Assembly (NCBI GenBank): GCA_038883795.1
Contig: JAVZLK010000008.1
Coordinates: forward strand, 1 to 52,950
From: Candidatus Bathyarchaeia archaeon
GTDB lineage: Archaea > Thermoproteota > Bathyarchaeia > Bathyarchaeales > Bathycorpusculaceae
Direction: 5' to 3'
Length of the DNA stretch: 52,950 nt
Shown here: piece by piece, positions 18,938 to 29,148 of the stretch
Layout: each line of letters begins with the position of its first letter
How positions within the stretch are numbered: position 1 is the first letter of the stretch
Made by a program: the position numbers and the translations under genes
Notes under the pieces: model-generated
What the model saw: only the letters and a program-made list of their open reading frames with translations
Database searches by the model: none
Told to the model about the DNA's origin: nothing

Positions 18938-19786
18938 TTACAGAATGAGCTTATATTTTGCAGCAAGTGTTTCATATTCCTTAAATCCAATAAACTGCTC
19001 AAATTCGGTTTCTGTAGCTATTTTATCCTCGGACGCATCGATAAAACCTCTATTTTTAAGTTCTAGCATAAGTTTTAATACAGCTTTATAGGCTGCTAAT
19101 AAAGGAGCAGACCAATACACGAGAATTTTAAGTCCTCTTTTCTTTTCTTCCTCTATGGATACACCTGGAGTATTAAGATTCATTAACGGAACTGGAAGAA
19201 TTTTAGCTACCTCCGGAACCTTTTGCGACGGAAGTGTTGGAATAAAAAGTAGATCTGCCCCGGCGTCTGCATAAGCTTTACACCTCTCAATGGCTTCTTT
19301 AAGATCACCGTATGCCCATAAGGCATCCGTGCGTGCGATGATCACAAAGTCTTTGTCTAATCGCGTATCCACAACTGCCTTTATCTTTTCTACCATAATT
19401 TCTTTTGGCAACAGCACAGGCTTAAGTTTCGTGTGTTTTCCAAATTCATGATCTTCAATATGAATAGCTGCAACCCCTGCATTTTCAAGTTCGCGCACGG
19501 TACGTCGAACTTTAATGGCATTACCAAAACCGTTCTCAGCGTCCGCTATTACTGGAATATTTATTGCATTGGCAATATATCTGCAATAAGTAACCATCTC
19601 AGTTAGTGTTTCATTCATAGTGTCAGGCATTCCTAGCACGGTAGCTTGCATAATATAACTTCCTAAATAGACAGCTGGAAACCCAACCCTTTCAATAATC
19701 TTGGCAGATAACGCGTCATAAGCGCCAGGGGCAACAATAATATCCTTTTCTTCCAATAAACTCCTGAATTTTCTTGTAATTTTCAT
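18938..19786 (-). CDS. Isocitrate lyase/PEP mutase superfamily lyase
   Basis: PGAYDALSA; DAENGFG; IHIED; IARTDA; GADLLF. Confidence 0.9.
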   Translation of the reverse strand: MKITRKFRSLLEEKDIIVAPGAYDALSAKIIERVGFPAVYLGSYIMQATVLGMPDTMNETLTEMVTYCRYIANAINIPVIADAENGFGNAIKVRRTVRELENAGVAAIHIEDHEFGKHTKLKPVLLPKEIMVEKIKAVVDTRLDKDFVIIARTDALWAYGDLKEAIERCKAYADAGADLLFIPTLPSQKVPEVAKILPVPLMNLNTPGVSIEEEKKRGLKILVYWSAPLLAAYKAVLKLMLELKNRGFIDASEDKIATETEFEQFIGFKEYETLAAKYKLIL

Positions 19787-20029
19787 AGGCTCTAAATGAT
19801 TTTTCACACTTTATACATTATGTCTTATAGACCTCTTAGCGAAAAGCATTCTTAATAACAAAATGAGCGTATCAGCTAACATGCTAATCATTTTGCGGCC
19901 ATTCCGAGAATCGTTAGAACAATATCTGAACGCCATAATTAAACCAGGGTCATCAGCTAATTTAGATGTTTTTGATGTTGTTTTGTTTCGGTTATGGGAA
20001 TTAGATTGAAGTAGTCACAAGGGGGCCCT

Positions 20030-20175
20030 AAGATACAAGGAGGAAAGCAGTATAGGAATTTCGATGTGGCTGTCTACTGTTACAGAGGCGTCTAAAGGTA
20101 TTTTCGGAGCTAGAAGAGGGTAAAGGCCTAAAAACTAGGTGTAGGCTGAGGCGGATGCAGAGGAGATGAGGTGTT
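20030..20175 (+). pseudogene. Possible degraded DDE transposase C-terminal remnant
   Basis: Broken frames read YRNFDVAVYCYRGV / GIFGA / GLKTRCRLRRMQRR, resembling an archaeal transposase Y..R...E.IFG motif; weak. Confidence 0.3.
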
Positions 20176-20406
20176 GCGCGCGCCATGAAACACAAGACAA
20201 CCGCAGCAGGAAACAAGCATAAAATCAGACAATACAGGACGCAAGCCTTGCAACTGAACCTTTCAGCTGGAGTTTTATGCTGAGCCCGCAGAGAGGGTTT
20301 TAGCCGTTAAGAAGCATGCTAACACTTCCAAAAGCAAAAACTTAAGATTAAACCAAAAATAAAATAAAAGTTAATTATCATCGTTTATCAGGAGGAGTTT
20401 GAACAA

Positions 20407-21273
20407 ATGATTGGAGATGTACTAGCGAAATGCTTACATGGATTTTTGGATAGAAACCTTCTTGGCAAGCCTGAGGACGCCCTCAAAAGGCCATTAACGA
20501 TAATCTTTGGAAAGAAGGTTGAAGTTTTCGATTTGACACAACCTTTTAGCGGTTCCACACCGACATGGCCATATGCCGCGGAAAACGCTAACATAATAAG
20601 AATGCGATCCCACGCAAGGGATCGCGTGCTTGCCCAGAAAATCACCCATAGCATGCACCTATCAACACACATTGATGCACCAATACACGTTGAAGAGGGC
20701 TATCCAGCCATTGACCAAATACCTGTGGAACGCTTCATCGGCGACGGCGTAGTTGTCTCCATTCCAAAGAAAGAATGGGAGGTAATAACTCCAGCCGACC
20801 TAGAAAAAGTAGATCCACCAATAGAAGAGGGAGACATAGTTTTAATCAACTCAGGCTGGCACCATTATTACGGAGACAGCGCCAGATACTTCTGCTTTGC
20901 TCCAGGTCTCTACAAAGAAGCAGCTGAATGGTTTGTGAAAAAGAAAGTGAAGGGTGTTGGTGTCGACCAGCAGGCTATGGACCATCCGCTGGGAACAAGG
21001 CTTGTTCAAACAGGCGGAGGGTATCCGCCTCTTGCACCGTGGCTAATTGAGCTCTACAAAAAGAAGACTGGAAGAGACGTATACCAAGACTTCCCATATT
21101 GGGAACCGTGCCACAGAATATTGTACACGCATGGGATCTTTGGAATCGAAAATGTCGGAGGAGAGTTAGACAAAGTTACTGGAAAAAGATGCGTCATAGC
21201 TGCTCTTCCGCTTAAATGGATCGGCGGCGACGGGTCAATAGTTCGGGTTGTAGCCATTGTGGAGAAGCGATAA
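20407..21273 (+). CDS. Cyclase family metallohydrolase, paralog of 10310-11188
   Basis: HLSTHIDAPIH; shares TGRDVYQDFPYWEP and PGLYKEAAEW with the first copy. Confidence 0.9.
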   Translation: MIGDVLAKCLHGFLDRNLLGKPEDALKRPLTIIFGKKVEVFDLTQPFSGSTPTWPYAAENANIIRMRSHARDRVLAQKITHSMHLSTHIDAPIHVEEGYPAIDQIPVERFIGDGVVVSIPKKEWEVITPADLEKVDPPIEEGDIVLINSGWHHYYGDSARYFCFAPGLYKEAAEWFVKKKVKGVGVDQQAMDHPLGTRLVQTGGGYPPLAPWLIELYKKKTGRDVYQDFPYWEPCHRILYTHGIFGIENVGGELDKVTGKRCVIAALPLKWIGGDGSIVRVVAIVEKR

Positions 21274-21292
21274 GGGGGAGAAATGCGCGCGC

Positions 21293-21836
21293 GTAATTGC
21301 CAAATTCTAAATCGACGTTGTCAACTTCTTCTCGTGATAGGAGCCCCTTTCCAGTTCCATGGCAAACGCTATGCTTGCACCTGTTGAAATTATATCTAAT
21401 CCATATTCATCGCATAACCGATCAGCTGCGATCACCGCCAGAAAGTAGCTAATCCAACCATGGTCCCTAAGCTATAAGTTGGGTGTCCGTGGTTGTTAGC
21501 CCCCACAAATCAGAGGCATCATCGATGGACACATTGTCATCTTCTACCCAAAGATATACTGGTTTTTCTGCTTTTCCGGAGATCACTATGGCATCATAAC
21601 ATGCGAATTTCAATTTTTAATTGTGTGGGGAAGTATCCGCCATTCTACCAGCACACTATGCTCCCGAGCCAACTAATGGACCCACTGAAAAATATCAGTT
21701 TATTTTCGGATTAACCTCATCATAGTATTTTTATACCGAGCCTGACCCCACAATAGAAGGTTGCATATAATCTATTTTAAGGCTCATTTTGTGCGCATTC
21801 ATTGTGGACTAGCAGATCCGTTGTCATTTTCATCAT
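21293..21836 (-). pseudogene. Aldehyde:ferredoxin oxidoreductase (AOR family) remnant
   Basis: Manual translation: ENKLIF; [38 protein letters not shown]; DRLCDEYGLDIISTGASIAFAMEL; DLEFGN; stops, frameshifts and a large internal deletion near 21480. Confidence 0.85.
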
Positions 21837-21927
21837 CTTTTTGCTCTGAGGTCTATAAAAACAAATTGTAAAGATTGCGAAAGTTTTAAGTGAATGGTCA
21901 GCTCTTCATCATGAAGAGGTTGTAGCT

Positions 21928-22275
21928 ATGAAAAAGGTAAGTCTGGGAGAGGCTAAACCTTATGAGGCACCGGGACACTTTAAAATGGTTGCTTTGAGGC
22001 TTCACCACAAAGAAACCACGGGTGTCAAGACTTTCTGGGTTGGGTTGTCGCATTTTCTTCCTGGTGGAGGCGCAGAGGTGTCTGCAAATGACTTTGAAAA
22101 AGTTTATTTTGTGCTTTCTGGGACGTTAACTGTAAGGGCTGAAAACGGGGAAACCATAACGCTTGGGCCCATGGACTCATTGTATATTCCGGCTGGCGAA
22201 AAGCGGTACTTGGTTAATGAGACTAATAATCCGGCCAGCATGTTGGTTATTGGAGGTTACCCAAAAAATAAGTAA
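21928..22275 (+). CDS. Cupin domain protein
   Basis: SHFLPGGGAE; EKVYFVLSG; DSLYIPAGEKR. Confidence 0.88.
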   Translation: MKKVSLGEAKPYEAPGHFKMVALRLHHKETTGVKTFWVGLSHFLPGGGAEVSANDFEKVYFVLSGTLTVRAENGETITLGPMDSLYIPAGEKRYLVNETNNPASMLVIGGYPKNK

Positions 22276-22302
22276 CGCTGTCCCGGATGGAGGAATGTGT
22301 TT

Positions 22303-23196
22303 ATGAAATTTGGAATACACCTTCCGGGATGGGGGGTCTGGGCCCTTCATCCTGAGCTTTATCTTAAAACGGCGCCTTTAGCTGAGGAGTTAGGGTACGA
22401 GTGGATTTTTACGAGCGATCACTTTATGGAACCAATCGCCCCTGAACCTCTACCAGTTGAAAGGCATGCTACAATAGAACCATATACTTTATTAGCTTAT
22501 ATAGCTGCTCAAACATCAAAAATAAAGATAGGCACTTGCGTGACTCCTCTTCCAATGAGGTATCCCCCTCAGCTTGCTAAAATGGTTTCGCAATTAGATA
22601 TTTTATCTGGAGGAAGAATGGTGCTTGGAATAGGAGCTGGATATGGTCCAAGAGAATGGAAAGCGTACAGCGTAACAGGTTGGATATCCGATAGGGAAAG
22701 GATGGAAAGAACAGAAGAGGCCCTCAAACTTATGATTAGTCTTTGGACGCAAGACCGTGTGGATTTTCAAGGTAAATACTATAAAATAGAAGGGGCAGTT
22801 CTCCAACCTAAACCCATTCAAAAACCGCATCCACCTCTCCTCTTTGGAGCTAGAGGAAAGAGAATGCTTGACTTGACCGCAAGATATGGAGATTTCTGGT
22901 TAATGTCTGTAATCCTGGTAGGAGGCCTTGAGGAATTTAAATTACGGGCGGATTACTTAAAGAAAAAGGCAAGTGAGTATGGCAGAACAATAAAATTGGG
23001 AGTAGTGGGACCAGTAATTGACGAGGCATTTAAAGCTGAAATTCCGATTTTAGCCAGATTCAATGAAGTAGCCCAAAAAATTGAGGAATTTAAAACCGCT
23101 GGATGCAAATATTTAAGCTTAGTCTTCTTCCCTCCACAAAAATTCACTGATTTAATGAAAAGATTTCGAAAGGAGGTTATGCCTAGCTTCACTTAA
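22303..23196 (+). CDS. LLM-class (probably F420-dependent) oxidoreductase
   Basis: AEELGY..SDHF; LDILSGGR; PKPIQKPHPP. Confidence 0.9.
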   Translation: MKFGIHLPGWGVWALHPELYLKTAPLAEELGYEWIFTSDHFMEPIAPEPLPVERHATIEPYTLLAYIAAQTSKIKIGTCVTPLPMRYPPQLAKMVSQLDILSGGRMVLGIGAGYGPREWKAYSVTGWISDRERMERTEEALKLMISLWTQDRVDFQGKYYKIEGAVLQPKPIQKPHPPLLFGARGKRMLDLTARYGDFWLMSVILVGGLEEFKLRADYLKKKASEYGRTIKLGVVGPVIDEAFKAEIPILARFNEVAQKIEEFKTAGCKYLSLVFFPPQKFTDLMKRFRKEVMPSFT

Positions 23197-23331
23197 TTGA
23201 ACGCAATTGCGGCTAGCTACCCAAACTTTATCATGGTTTTGTGGAAAGGAGAAAGCTATATTTATTTTTGTTAGTATATCACGTTAAGTAAAAATAAGAG
23301 AAGTGCAAACTGAATTTTCTGCGGTGGTTGC

Positions 23332-24774
23332 ATGACCAAAGGGAAAGACGAAGAATTAGAAGCCGATGTTGTAGTTGTTGGAGCTGGTGCATGTGGGCTA
23401 TCTGCAGCTTTAACAGTGAGTTCTGGAGGCGCAAGTGTCATAATTTTTGAAAAACGAAGTAGCGTAGGTGGCTTAAGCAACTTTGTTGAGGGCATATTTG
23501 CAGTCGAGAGTAAATTGCAGGAAAAAATGAAGTTAAGCTATACTCTTGAAGATAGGTTCAAGGTGCATATGGAGGCATGCAATTGGGAACCTGATGCGCA
23601 ACTGGTTAGAACTTTCATGGAAAAAACAGCTGATACAATAGACTGGCTAATGAAGTTAGGGTGCAAGTTTTCCGGGGTGTATAACCAGTATCCGGGGTCA
23701 CCGTTTGTTTGGCACATGCTTGAAGGAAGAGGACTTAAAGGACTTATTGAACCGCTGTTTAAACGGGCGCAGGAAGAGAAAAACATTCGAATATTTCTTG
23801 AAACTTCTGTGAAGAAGATAGTAAAAGAAAATGGCAAAATTGCAGAAGTTGTTGCTGAAGACAAAAGTGGAAACGTTATTAACGTAAAGTGTAAGGCGGT
23901 CGTTATTGCCACGGGCGGATATGGAGACAACAGCGAATGGATAGAGAAGTTCTTAGAATCTGGCAAATACTTAAAACCAGTTATAAAAGCGGATCAAACG
24001 GGTGATGGGATTAAAATGGCTTGGGAAGTAGGGGCAACCGCTATGGGTCTAGGTACCATGCAGGCAATTCCATGCATTCTTAACGAGTTTATAGGTAGTC
24101 TGCTATCGGTGATAGCTCTTCAACCAAATCTCTGGGTCAATGAACGAGGGGAGCGTTTCTGCGATGAGTCAATTGTTTGGAGGTTTCCCATAGTAACTAA
24201 TGCTCTTTTGCGACAACCTCATGCATGCGCCTATAACATATTTGACCAAAACATGGTAGCCTTCATTAAAGAGCGTGGACTACAGTATTGGGTATTAGAA
24301 TATTTTGATCCGTTGACGAGAGCCAATGAAATTTATGCTGAACTAAAACGAGGTGTCAAAGAAAACAAAGTTTTTGAAGCAGCATCCATCAAGGAGTTAG
24401 CCAAAAAAATTAATGTTGACTCCGTAAAGCTTGAAGATACCGTGAAAGCATATAACGAATGTTGCGACAAGAATTATGACTTTCTATTTTTTAAGGATCG
24501 CCGCTATCTCCATCCTATAAGAAAACCAAAGTTTTACGCTGTCAAAATCAGCCCCCACATCATAATTACCGAAGGCGGAATCCGGGTTAACCATAAAATG
24601 GAGGTTTTAGACAATCAGCTTAATGCTATTCCAGGCCTTTACGCCGGCGGTTGCTGTGTAGAGGGACCTGTTGGCCACACCTATCCTCTAATATCCACAG
24701 GTGTTTCAGCAAGTTTCGCTGTAAATTCGGGACGCATAGCAGGCGAGAACATTCTAAAATATCTTGATAAGTGA
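23332..24774 (+). CDS. FAD-dependent oxidoreductase (flavocytochrome c/fumarate-reductase-like flavin subunit)
   Basis: DVVVVGAGACG; IATGGY; TGDG; VNERGERFCDE; TEGGI; IPGLYAGG. Confidence 0.88.
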   Translation: MTKGKDEELEADVVVVGAGACGLSAALTVSSGGASVIIFEKRSSVGGLSNFVEGIFAVESKLQEKMKLSYTLEDRFKVHMEACNWEPDAQLVRTFMEKTADTIDWLMKLGCKFSGVYNQYPGSPFVWHMLEGRGLKGLIEPLFKRAQEEKNIRIFLETSVKKIVKENGKIAEVVAEDKSGNVINVKCKAVVIATGGYGDNSEWIEKFLESGKYLKPVIKADQTGDGIKMAWEVGATAMGLGTMQAIPCILNEFIGSLLSVIALQPNLWVNERGERFCDESIVWRFPIVTNALLRQPHACAYNIFDQNMVAFIKERGLQYWVLEYFDPLTRANEIYAELKRGVKENKVFEAASIKELAKKINVDSVKLEDTVKAYNECCDKNYDFLFFKDRRYLHPIRKPKFYAVKISPHIIITEGGIRVNHKMEVLDNQLNAIPGLYAGGCCVEGPVGHTYPLISTGVSASFAVNSGRIAGENILKYLDK

Positions 24775-24892
24775 CTGCAGCGATAAAACAGCGAACAACA
24801 AATGCAAATGGAGTAATTCATATTTTTAGAGAAAAATTTATATCCCCTTGTTTTTGTTCATCAAACTAACTTCATTAGTAGGCGGGGGAAAA

Positions 24893-25828
24893 TTGCAGAT
24901 TAAGAAAGTTACTTGTGTTGGTGGAGGGCTCGTAGGTGCAAGTTGGGCATTGTTGTTTGCATTAAAAGGATACCCTGTTACTTTGCAGTCTCGAAGGAAG
25001 GAAACAATTGAGAAAGCAGTTAACGATGTAAAGTCAAACTTAAGTTTCCTTGAAGAAAAAGGGTTAATAAATAGCAAAGGCAAGGAAGCCGTATTAAGAA
25101 GAATAAAAACAACCTATGACCTTTCTGACGCTGTTAAGGACGCCGATTACATACAGGAATCTGTTGCCGAAGATCTTGAATTGAAGCGAAATGTTTTCAG
25201 TCAAATTGATGCGGCAGCTCGGCCAGACGCGATTATTGCAAGCAGTTCCTCTGCTCTCATAATATCTGATATCCAAGTAGCCACAACTAAACCTGAAAGA
25301 TGTGTAATTGTGCATCCATATAACCCTGTACATTTGATCCCTTTAGTGGAGATTGTTCCGGGGAAGAAAACATCGCCAGAAACCGTTAAGATAGCGCACG
25401 ATTTCATGCTAAGATTGGGAAAAGTTCCTGTGGTAGCTAAGAAAGAGGTTCCAGGACATATAGTTAACCGACTAGCTCACGTATTGTTTAGGGAAGTAGC
25501 TGACTCTGTAGAAAAGGGAATAGCAACTGTAGGGGATATAGATAAAGCGTTCACTGCAAGCTTGGGTATTAGATGGGCTATAATGGGGCCTTTCCTAACA
25601 TATCACTTAGGTGGAGGACCAGGTGGAATAGATGAATTCTTTGAGAAATATAGAATGGGTTTATCCGCGTCTGTTGTGGAGAAAATAATCCGAGGAGTGA
25701 AAGAGGAGGAAATTGTCCGAACTAGATCCATGGACGAGCTTATCAGATGGAGAGATGAGAAACTAATAGAATTGCTGAAAATACTGTATCCAGATGTCAT
25801 CAAAAGCTTGAGTGACTCATGTTTGTAA
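24893..25828 (+). CDS. 3-hydroxyacyl-CoA dehydrogenase family (carnitine-DH/lambda-crystallin-like)
   Basis: GGGLVGASW; IQESVAE; HPYNPVHLIPLVE; PGHIVNRL; RWAIMGPF; TTG start at 24893 inferred. Confidence 0.9.
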   Translation: MQIKKVTCVGGGLVGASWALLFALKGYPVTLQSRRKETIEKAVNDVKSNLSFLEEKGLINSKGKEAVLRRIKTTYDLSDAVKDADYIQESVAEDLELKRNVFSQIDAAARPDAIIASSSSALIISDIQVATTKPERCVIVHPYNPVHLIPLVEIVPGKKTSPETVKIAHDFMLRLGKVPVVAKKEVPGHIVNRLAHVLFREVADSVEKGIATVGDIDKAFTASLGIRWAIMGPFLTYHLGGGPGGIDEFFEKYRMGLSASVVEKIIRGVKEEEIVRTRSMDELIRWRDEKLIELLKILYPDVIKSLSDSCL

Positions 25829-25880
25829 TGAAAAGATTTTTAAGATCTAGCGATTAAATAATGACAGAGGTGCCCCAAGA

Positions 25881-27155
25881 ATGTCTTTGCATGGAATATC
25901 CAAACTCGCCATCGCTGCCATTGTGATTGTCATAATCGTAGCGGCTTCAGTAAGTTATTATGCGCTTGTTTGGCTACCTTCACAAACTAAACCAGCCCCG
26001 GACAACATAATACTCGTTCACGATACTTCAATTACAGGGTATTTAGGCTTTCTCGGCAAGTATCTGGGTTACGGTGTTAGATGGGCTGTACGAGTTATAA
26101 ACGAACATGGTGGAGTCTACGTGGCAGAATATGGCAAGAAAATCCCAATAAAGCTGATACAATACGATGACGAAAGTAACTGGGATAAATCTGCGGCAAA
26201 TCTGGAAAGAGGGGTAGTAAGAGACGGCGCCCACATTTTGATTAGCGCGGGTAGTCCACCGGGTGCGGTGGCAGCAGCCAGCGTTGCAGAGAGATACCAC
26301 ATACCCGCAATAACCAGTCCTGCCCCCTTGGGGACTGTTCCAGAGCTTGCAAGTGGAACTTACAAATACTGCTGGAATATTTTCTTCAATGTAACCGATC
26401 CCAATACTGGAATGTGCACTCTCCAATATAGGTCGCTGAGCGGCGTTTCCAGTAATAAGAAGGTGGTTTTATTCGTTGACAACACCGCTGATGGTAAAGT
26501 GATGGGTGATTACTGGGAAATGTATGCCCCACAATACGGCTTCCAAGTTGTTTATAGGGGTGATTTCCCAGTGGGTCAGACGGATTTCTCAAGCATGATA
26601 CTTGAGGCAAAAGCCACAGGCGCCGATATACTAATTGCCCAATGTAATCCAGAAGATGGAATGAGGATTTGGACTCAATGTAAACAATATGGTTTTAGAC
26701 CTAAGGCAGCATGGTTTGAAAGAGCCGCAGAAGGACACGGATGGGTTGAAACTCTGGGTGCAGACGGTGACGGAGTTTGTGTGGCTGGCTTTTGGAATCC
26801 AGGGTTGCCATACAAAGTTGCAAAATACAACGCGACGTGTCAAAAATTGGCTGATGATTTCATGCTGGAAACTGGGGAATATTGGGGCCAACACTTAGGA
26901 ACCGGGGCAACATATGTCTTTGTACTTGCTGATGCAATTGAGAGAGCTGGCTCCCTTGATCCAGAGAAAATTAATGCCGCTATTGCGCAGACAGACGGTG
27001 AATATCTCGTCGGACATGTAAAGTTTATACCTCCAAGCCATGAATGCGCGATTCCGCTAGTTAACACGCAATGGCAAAATGGCGAATGCAAAATAACATA
27101 CCCGCCAGAGAAGGCAACGGCCACATTCGTATACCCACTACCACCATGGAGTTGA
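25881..27155 (+). CDS. ABC transporter substrate-binding protein (Liv/branched-chain type)
   Basis: N-terminal TM anchor; INEHGGV; YDDES; DAIERAGSLD. Confidence 0.88.
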   Translation: MSLHGISKLAIAAIVIVIIVAASVSYYALVWLPSQTKPAPDNIILVHDTSITGYLGFLGKYLGYGVRWAVRVINEHGGVYVAEYGKKIPIKLIQYDDESNWDKSAANLERGVVRDGAHILISAGSPPGAVAAASVAERYHIPAITSPAPLGTVPELASGTYKYCWNIFFNVTDPNTGMCTLQYRSLSGVSSNKKVVLFVDNTADGKVMGDYWEMYAPQYGFQVVYRGDFPVGQTDFSSMILEAKATGADILIAQCNPEDGMRIWTQCKQYGFRPKAAWFERAAEGHGWVETLGADGDGVCVAGFWNPGLPYKVAKYNATCQKLADDFMLETGEYWGQHLGTGATYVFVLADAIERAGSLDPEKINAAIAQTDGEYLVGHVKFIPPSHECAIPLVNTQWQNGECKITYPPEKATATFVYPLPPWS

Positions 27156-27159
27156 CCCT

Positions 27160-28032
27160 ATGGACCTCCCCTTTTTTCTACAAACTTTGTTAAACGGACT
27201 TTTTTTAGGGGCGCTATACGCGCTTATGGCTGTGGGTCTTTCCCTTTGCTTAGGTGTTTTGAAAATTCTGAACATTCCCCATGGTAGTTTTATATTGCTG
27301 TCTTGTTACCTCACTTTTACTCTTTATCATGCATACGGTTTAGACCCCCTAGTTTCTATTATAGTACTTTTTCCCTTATTCTTCTTTATTGGCATACCCT
27401 TCCAAAAGTTCATAACTTTTGGTTTGCGAAAGGGCTCAGCTGAATCTATTCTAATATTAGGATTCGCCGTTACGGGTGTCATGGAAAATGTATTCCTTCT
27501 CATTTGGAGGGCAACTGGCAGGGCCGTAAGAACTTCGTATTCCACAGCCTCTTTAACATTAGGGAACATTATAATTCCAGTGGTCTATGTGTTAGGCCTC
27601 ATTGTAAGTGTCGTTACATTACTAATGCTGTACCTGTTCTTAACCAAAACTTACACGGGCAAAGCTATACGAAGTGTATCTCAGGATCCAGAAGTCGCAT
27701 CCGTCTTCGGGGTGAACGTCGGCAAAATACGTTTTATAGCTTATGCAATTTCAATGGCGTTAACAGCGGTCGCAGGAGCTTTACTTTCGATGATTTTCCC
27801 ATTTCAGCCTTTCACTGATGTAGTATATTTAACGAAATCTCTTACAGTTGTTGTGCTTGGCGGGTTAGGGAGTATTTTAGGTACATTAATTGGAGGATTA
27901 CTGCTTGGCGTAGTTGAATGTTTAACTGGAGGAATCCTTGGAATAGGATATCAAAATCTGGTTGGCTTAATCATCTTTTTAATAGTGTTAGCATTTAAAC
28001 CGAAGGGCTTATTCGGGAAATACATTGAATGA
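27160..28032 (+). CDS. livH: Branched-chain ABC transporter permease
   Basis: LNIPHG; TYTGKAIRSVSQD; VVLGGLGS. Confidence 0.9.
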   Translation: MDLPFFLQTLLNGLFLGALYALMAVGLSLCLGVLKILNIPHGSFILLSCYLTFTLYHAYGLDPLVSIIVLFPLFFFIGIPFQKFITFGLRKGSAESILILGFAVTGVMENVFLLIWRATGRAVRTSYSTASLTLGNIIIPVVYVLGLIVSVVTLLMLYLFLTKTYTGKAIRSVSQDPEVASVFGVNVGKIRFIAYAISMALTAVAGALLSMIFPFQPFTDVVYLTKSLTVVVLGGLGSILGTLIGGLLLGVVECLTGGILGIGYQNLVGLIIFLIVLAFKPKGLFGKYIE

Positions 28033-29025
28033 GTGAGGAATATGTTGAATCTAAAAATAAACTGGTTTTTGGCTCTGATTATTCTCGTATGTGTTTTCTT
28101 AGCGTTACCTATGGCAATGCCTACGTACATACTCTTTATTTTATTCTTAATGCTTGTAAACCTATGCTTAGCCCAAAGCTGGAACCTTTGCGGGGGCTTT
28201 GCCGGTTTAATTTCGCTAAGTCATGCTGCTTTTATAGGTTTGGGCGGGTATATGGCAGCTTACTGGTGTTTAATGTGGCCACGATCATGGATTGCCCCGT
28301 ATTTGGGGATAATAACTGGAGGGTGCTTAGCTGCTCTTTTTGCTTTCCTAATTTCCTTCCCATTATTAAGACTGCGAGGGGCATACTTTGCCATAGGTAC
28401 ATTAGCCGTTTCCGAGGCTCTTAAAATCTGGATGATAAACTGGCCTGGTGCAGGAGGGCCGGCAGGAATACGTCCTCCAGCCTACCCTCAATATTCACTT
28501 GCTCACTCTTACTACATGGCCCTTTTTATTGCAATTGCAACAAATTTAGTAGTTTGGAAAATTAAAAATTCAAAATTGGGGATAGCAGCATCGGCCCTCC
28601 GAGACAACATAGATGCTTGTGAAATAGTCGGTGTTAACACGTTTAAAACTAGAGCCTACATTCTGACAGTAAGCGCCTTCTTTGCAGGCATGGCAGGTGG
28701 CGTTTCAACAGCACATTCCCTTATGATCGAGCCCTATGCAGGTTTTTCTTTTCTTACAACTCTTTGGGCAATGAACATGGTCTTTCTAGGAGGTATAGGA
28801 ACAATGTTAGGGCCGCTTTTAGGATCAATCATCATTACAATCATTAGAGAAGAAATAGCCGTCTTTGCAGAAGTACAATTGCTAATAACATGTCTCCTAC
28901 TGATAATAATTATAACATTCATGCCTGAAGGCTTTGTAAAATACATTACGAGAGTTCATCGTTTATCAGAGGCGATCAAATCTGCGAAATTTGGTACGTC
29001 AATAAAGAGAGAAATTAAATCATAG
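28033..29025 (+). CDS. livM: Branched-chain ABC transporter permease
   Basis: SLSHAAFIGLGGY; RLRGAYFAIGT; FLGGIGT. Confidence 0.9.
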   Translation: MRNMLNLKINWFLALIILVCVFLALPMAMPTYILFILFLMLVNLCLAQSWNLCGGFAGLISLSHAAFIGLGGYMAAYWCLMWPRSWIAPYLGIITGGCLAALFAFLISFPLLRLRGAYFAIGTLAVSEALKIWMINWPGAGGPAGIRPPAYPQYSLAHSYYMALFIAIATNLVVWKIKNSKLGIAASALRDNIDACEIVGVNTFKTRAYILTVSAFFAGMAGGVSTAHSLMIEPYAGFSFLTTLWAMNMVFLGGIGTMLGPLLGSIIITIIREEIAVFAEVQLLITCLLLIIIITFMPEGFVKYITRVHRLSEAIKSAKFGTSIKREIKS

Positions 29026-29148
29026 CAGTGCTTGTCCTTGACAAAAATTTTATATTTTTAGATATCTTTTTGTAGTTGATTGACGGTAAATTGAGTGCCG
29101 TAGAACAAAACATTGCAACCGCCACTTTAGCTGAATGGAGAGAATAAG

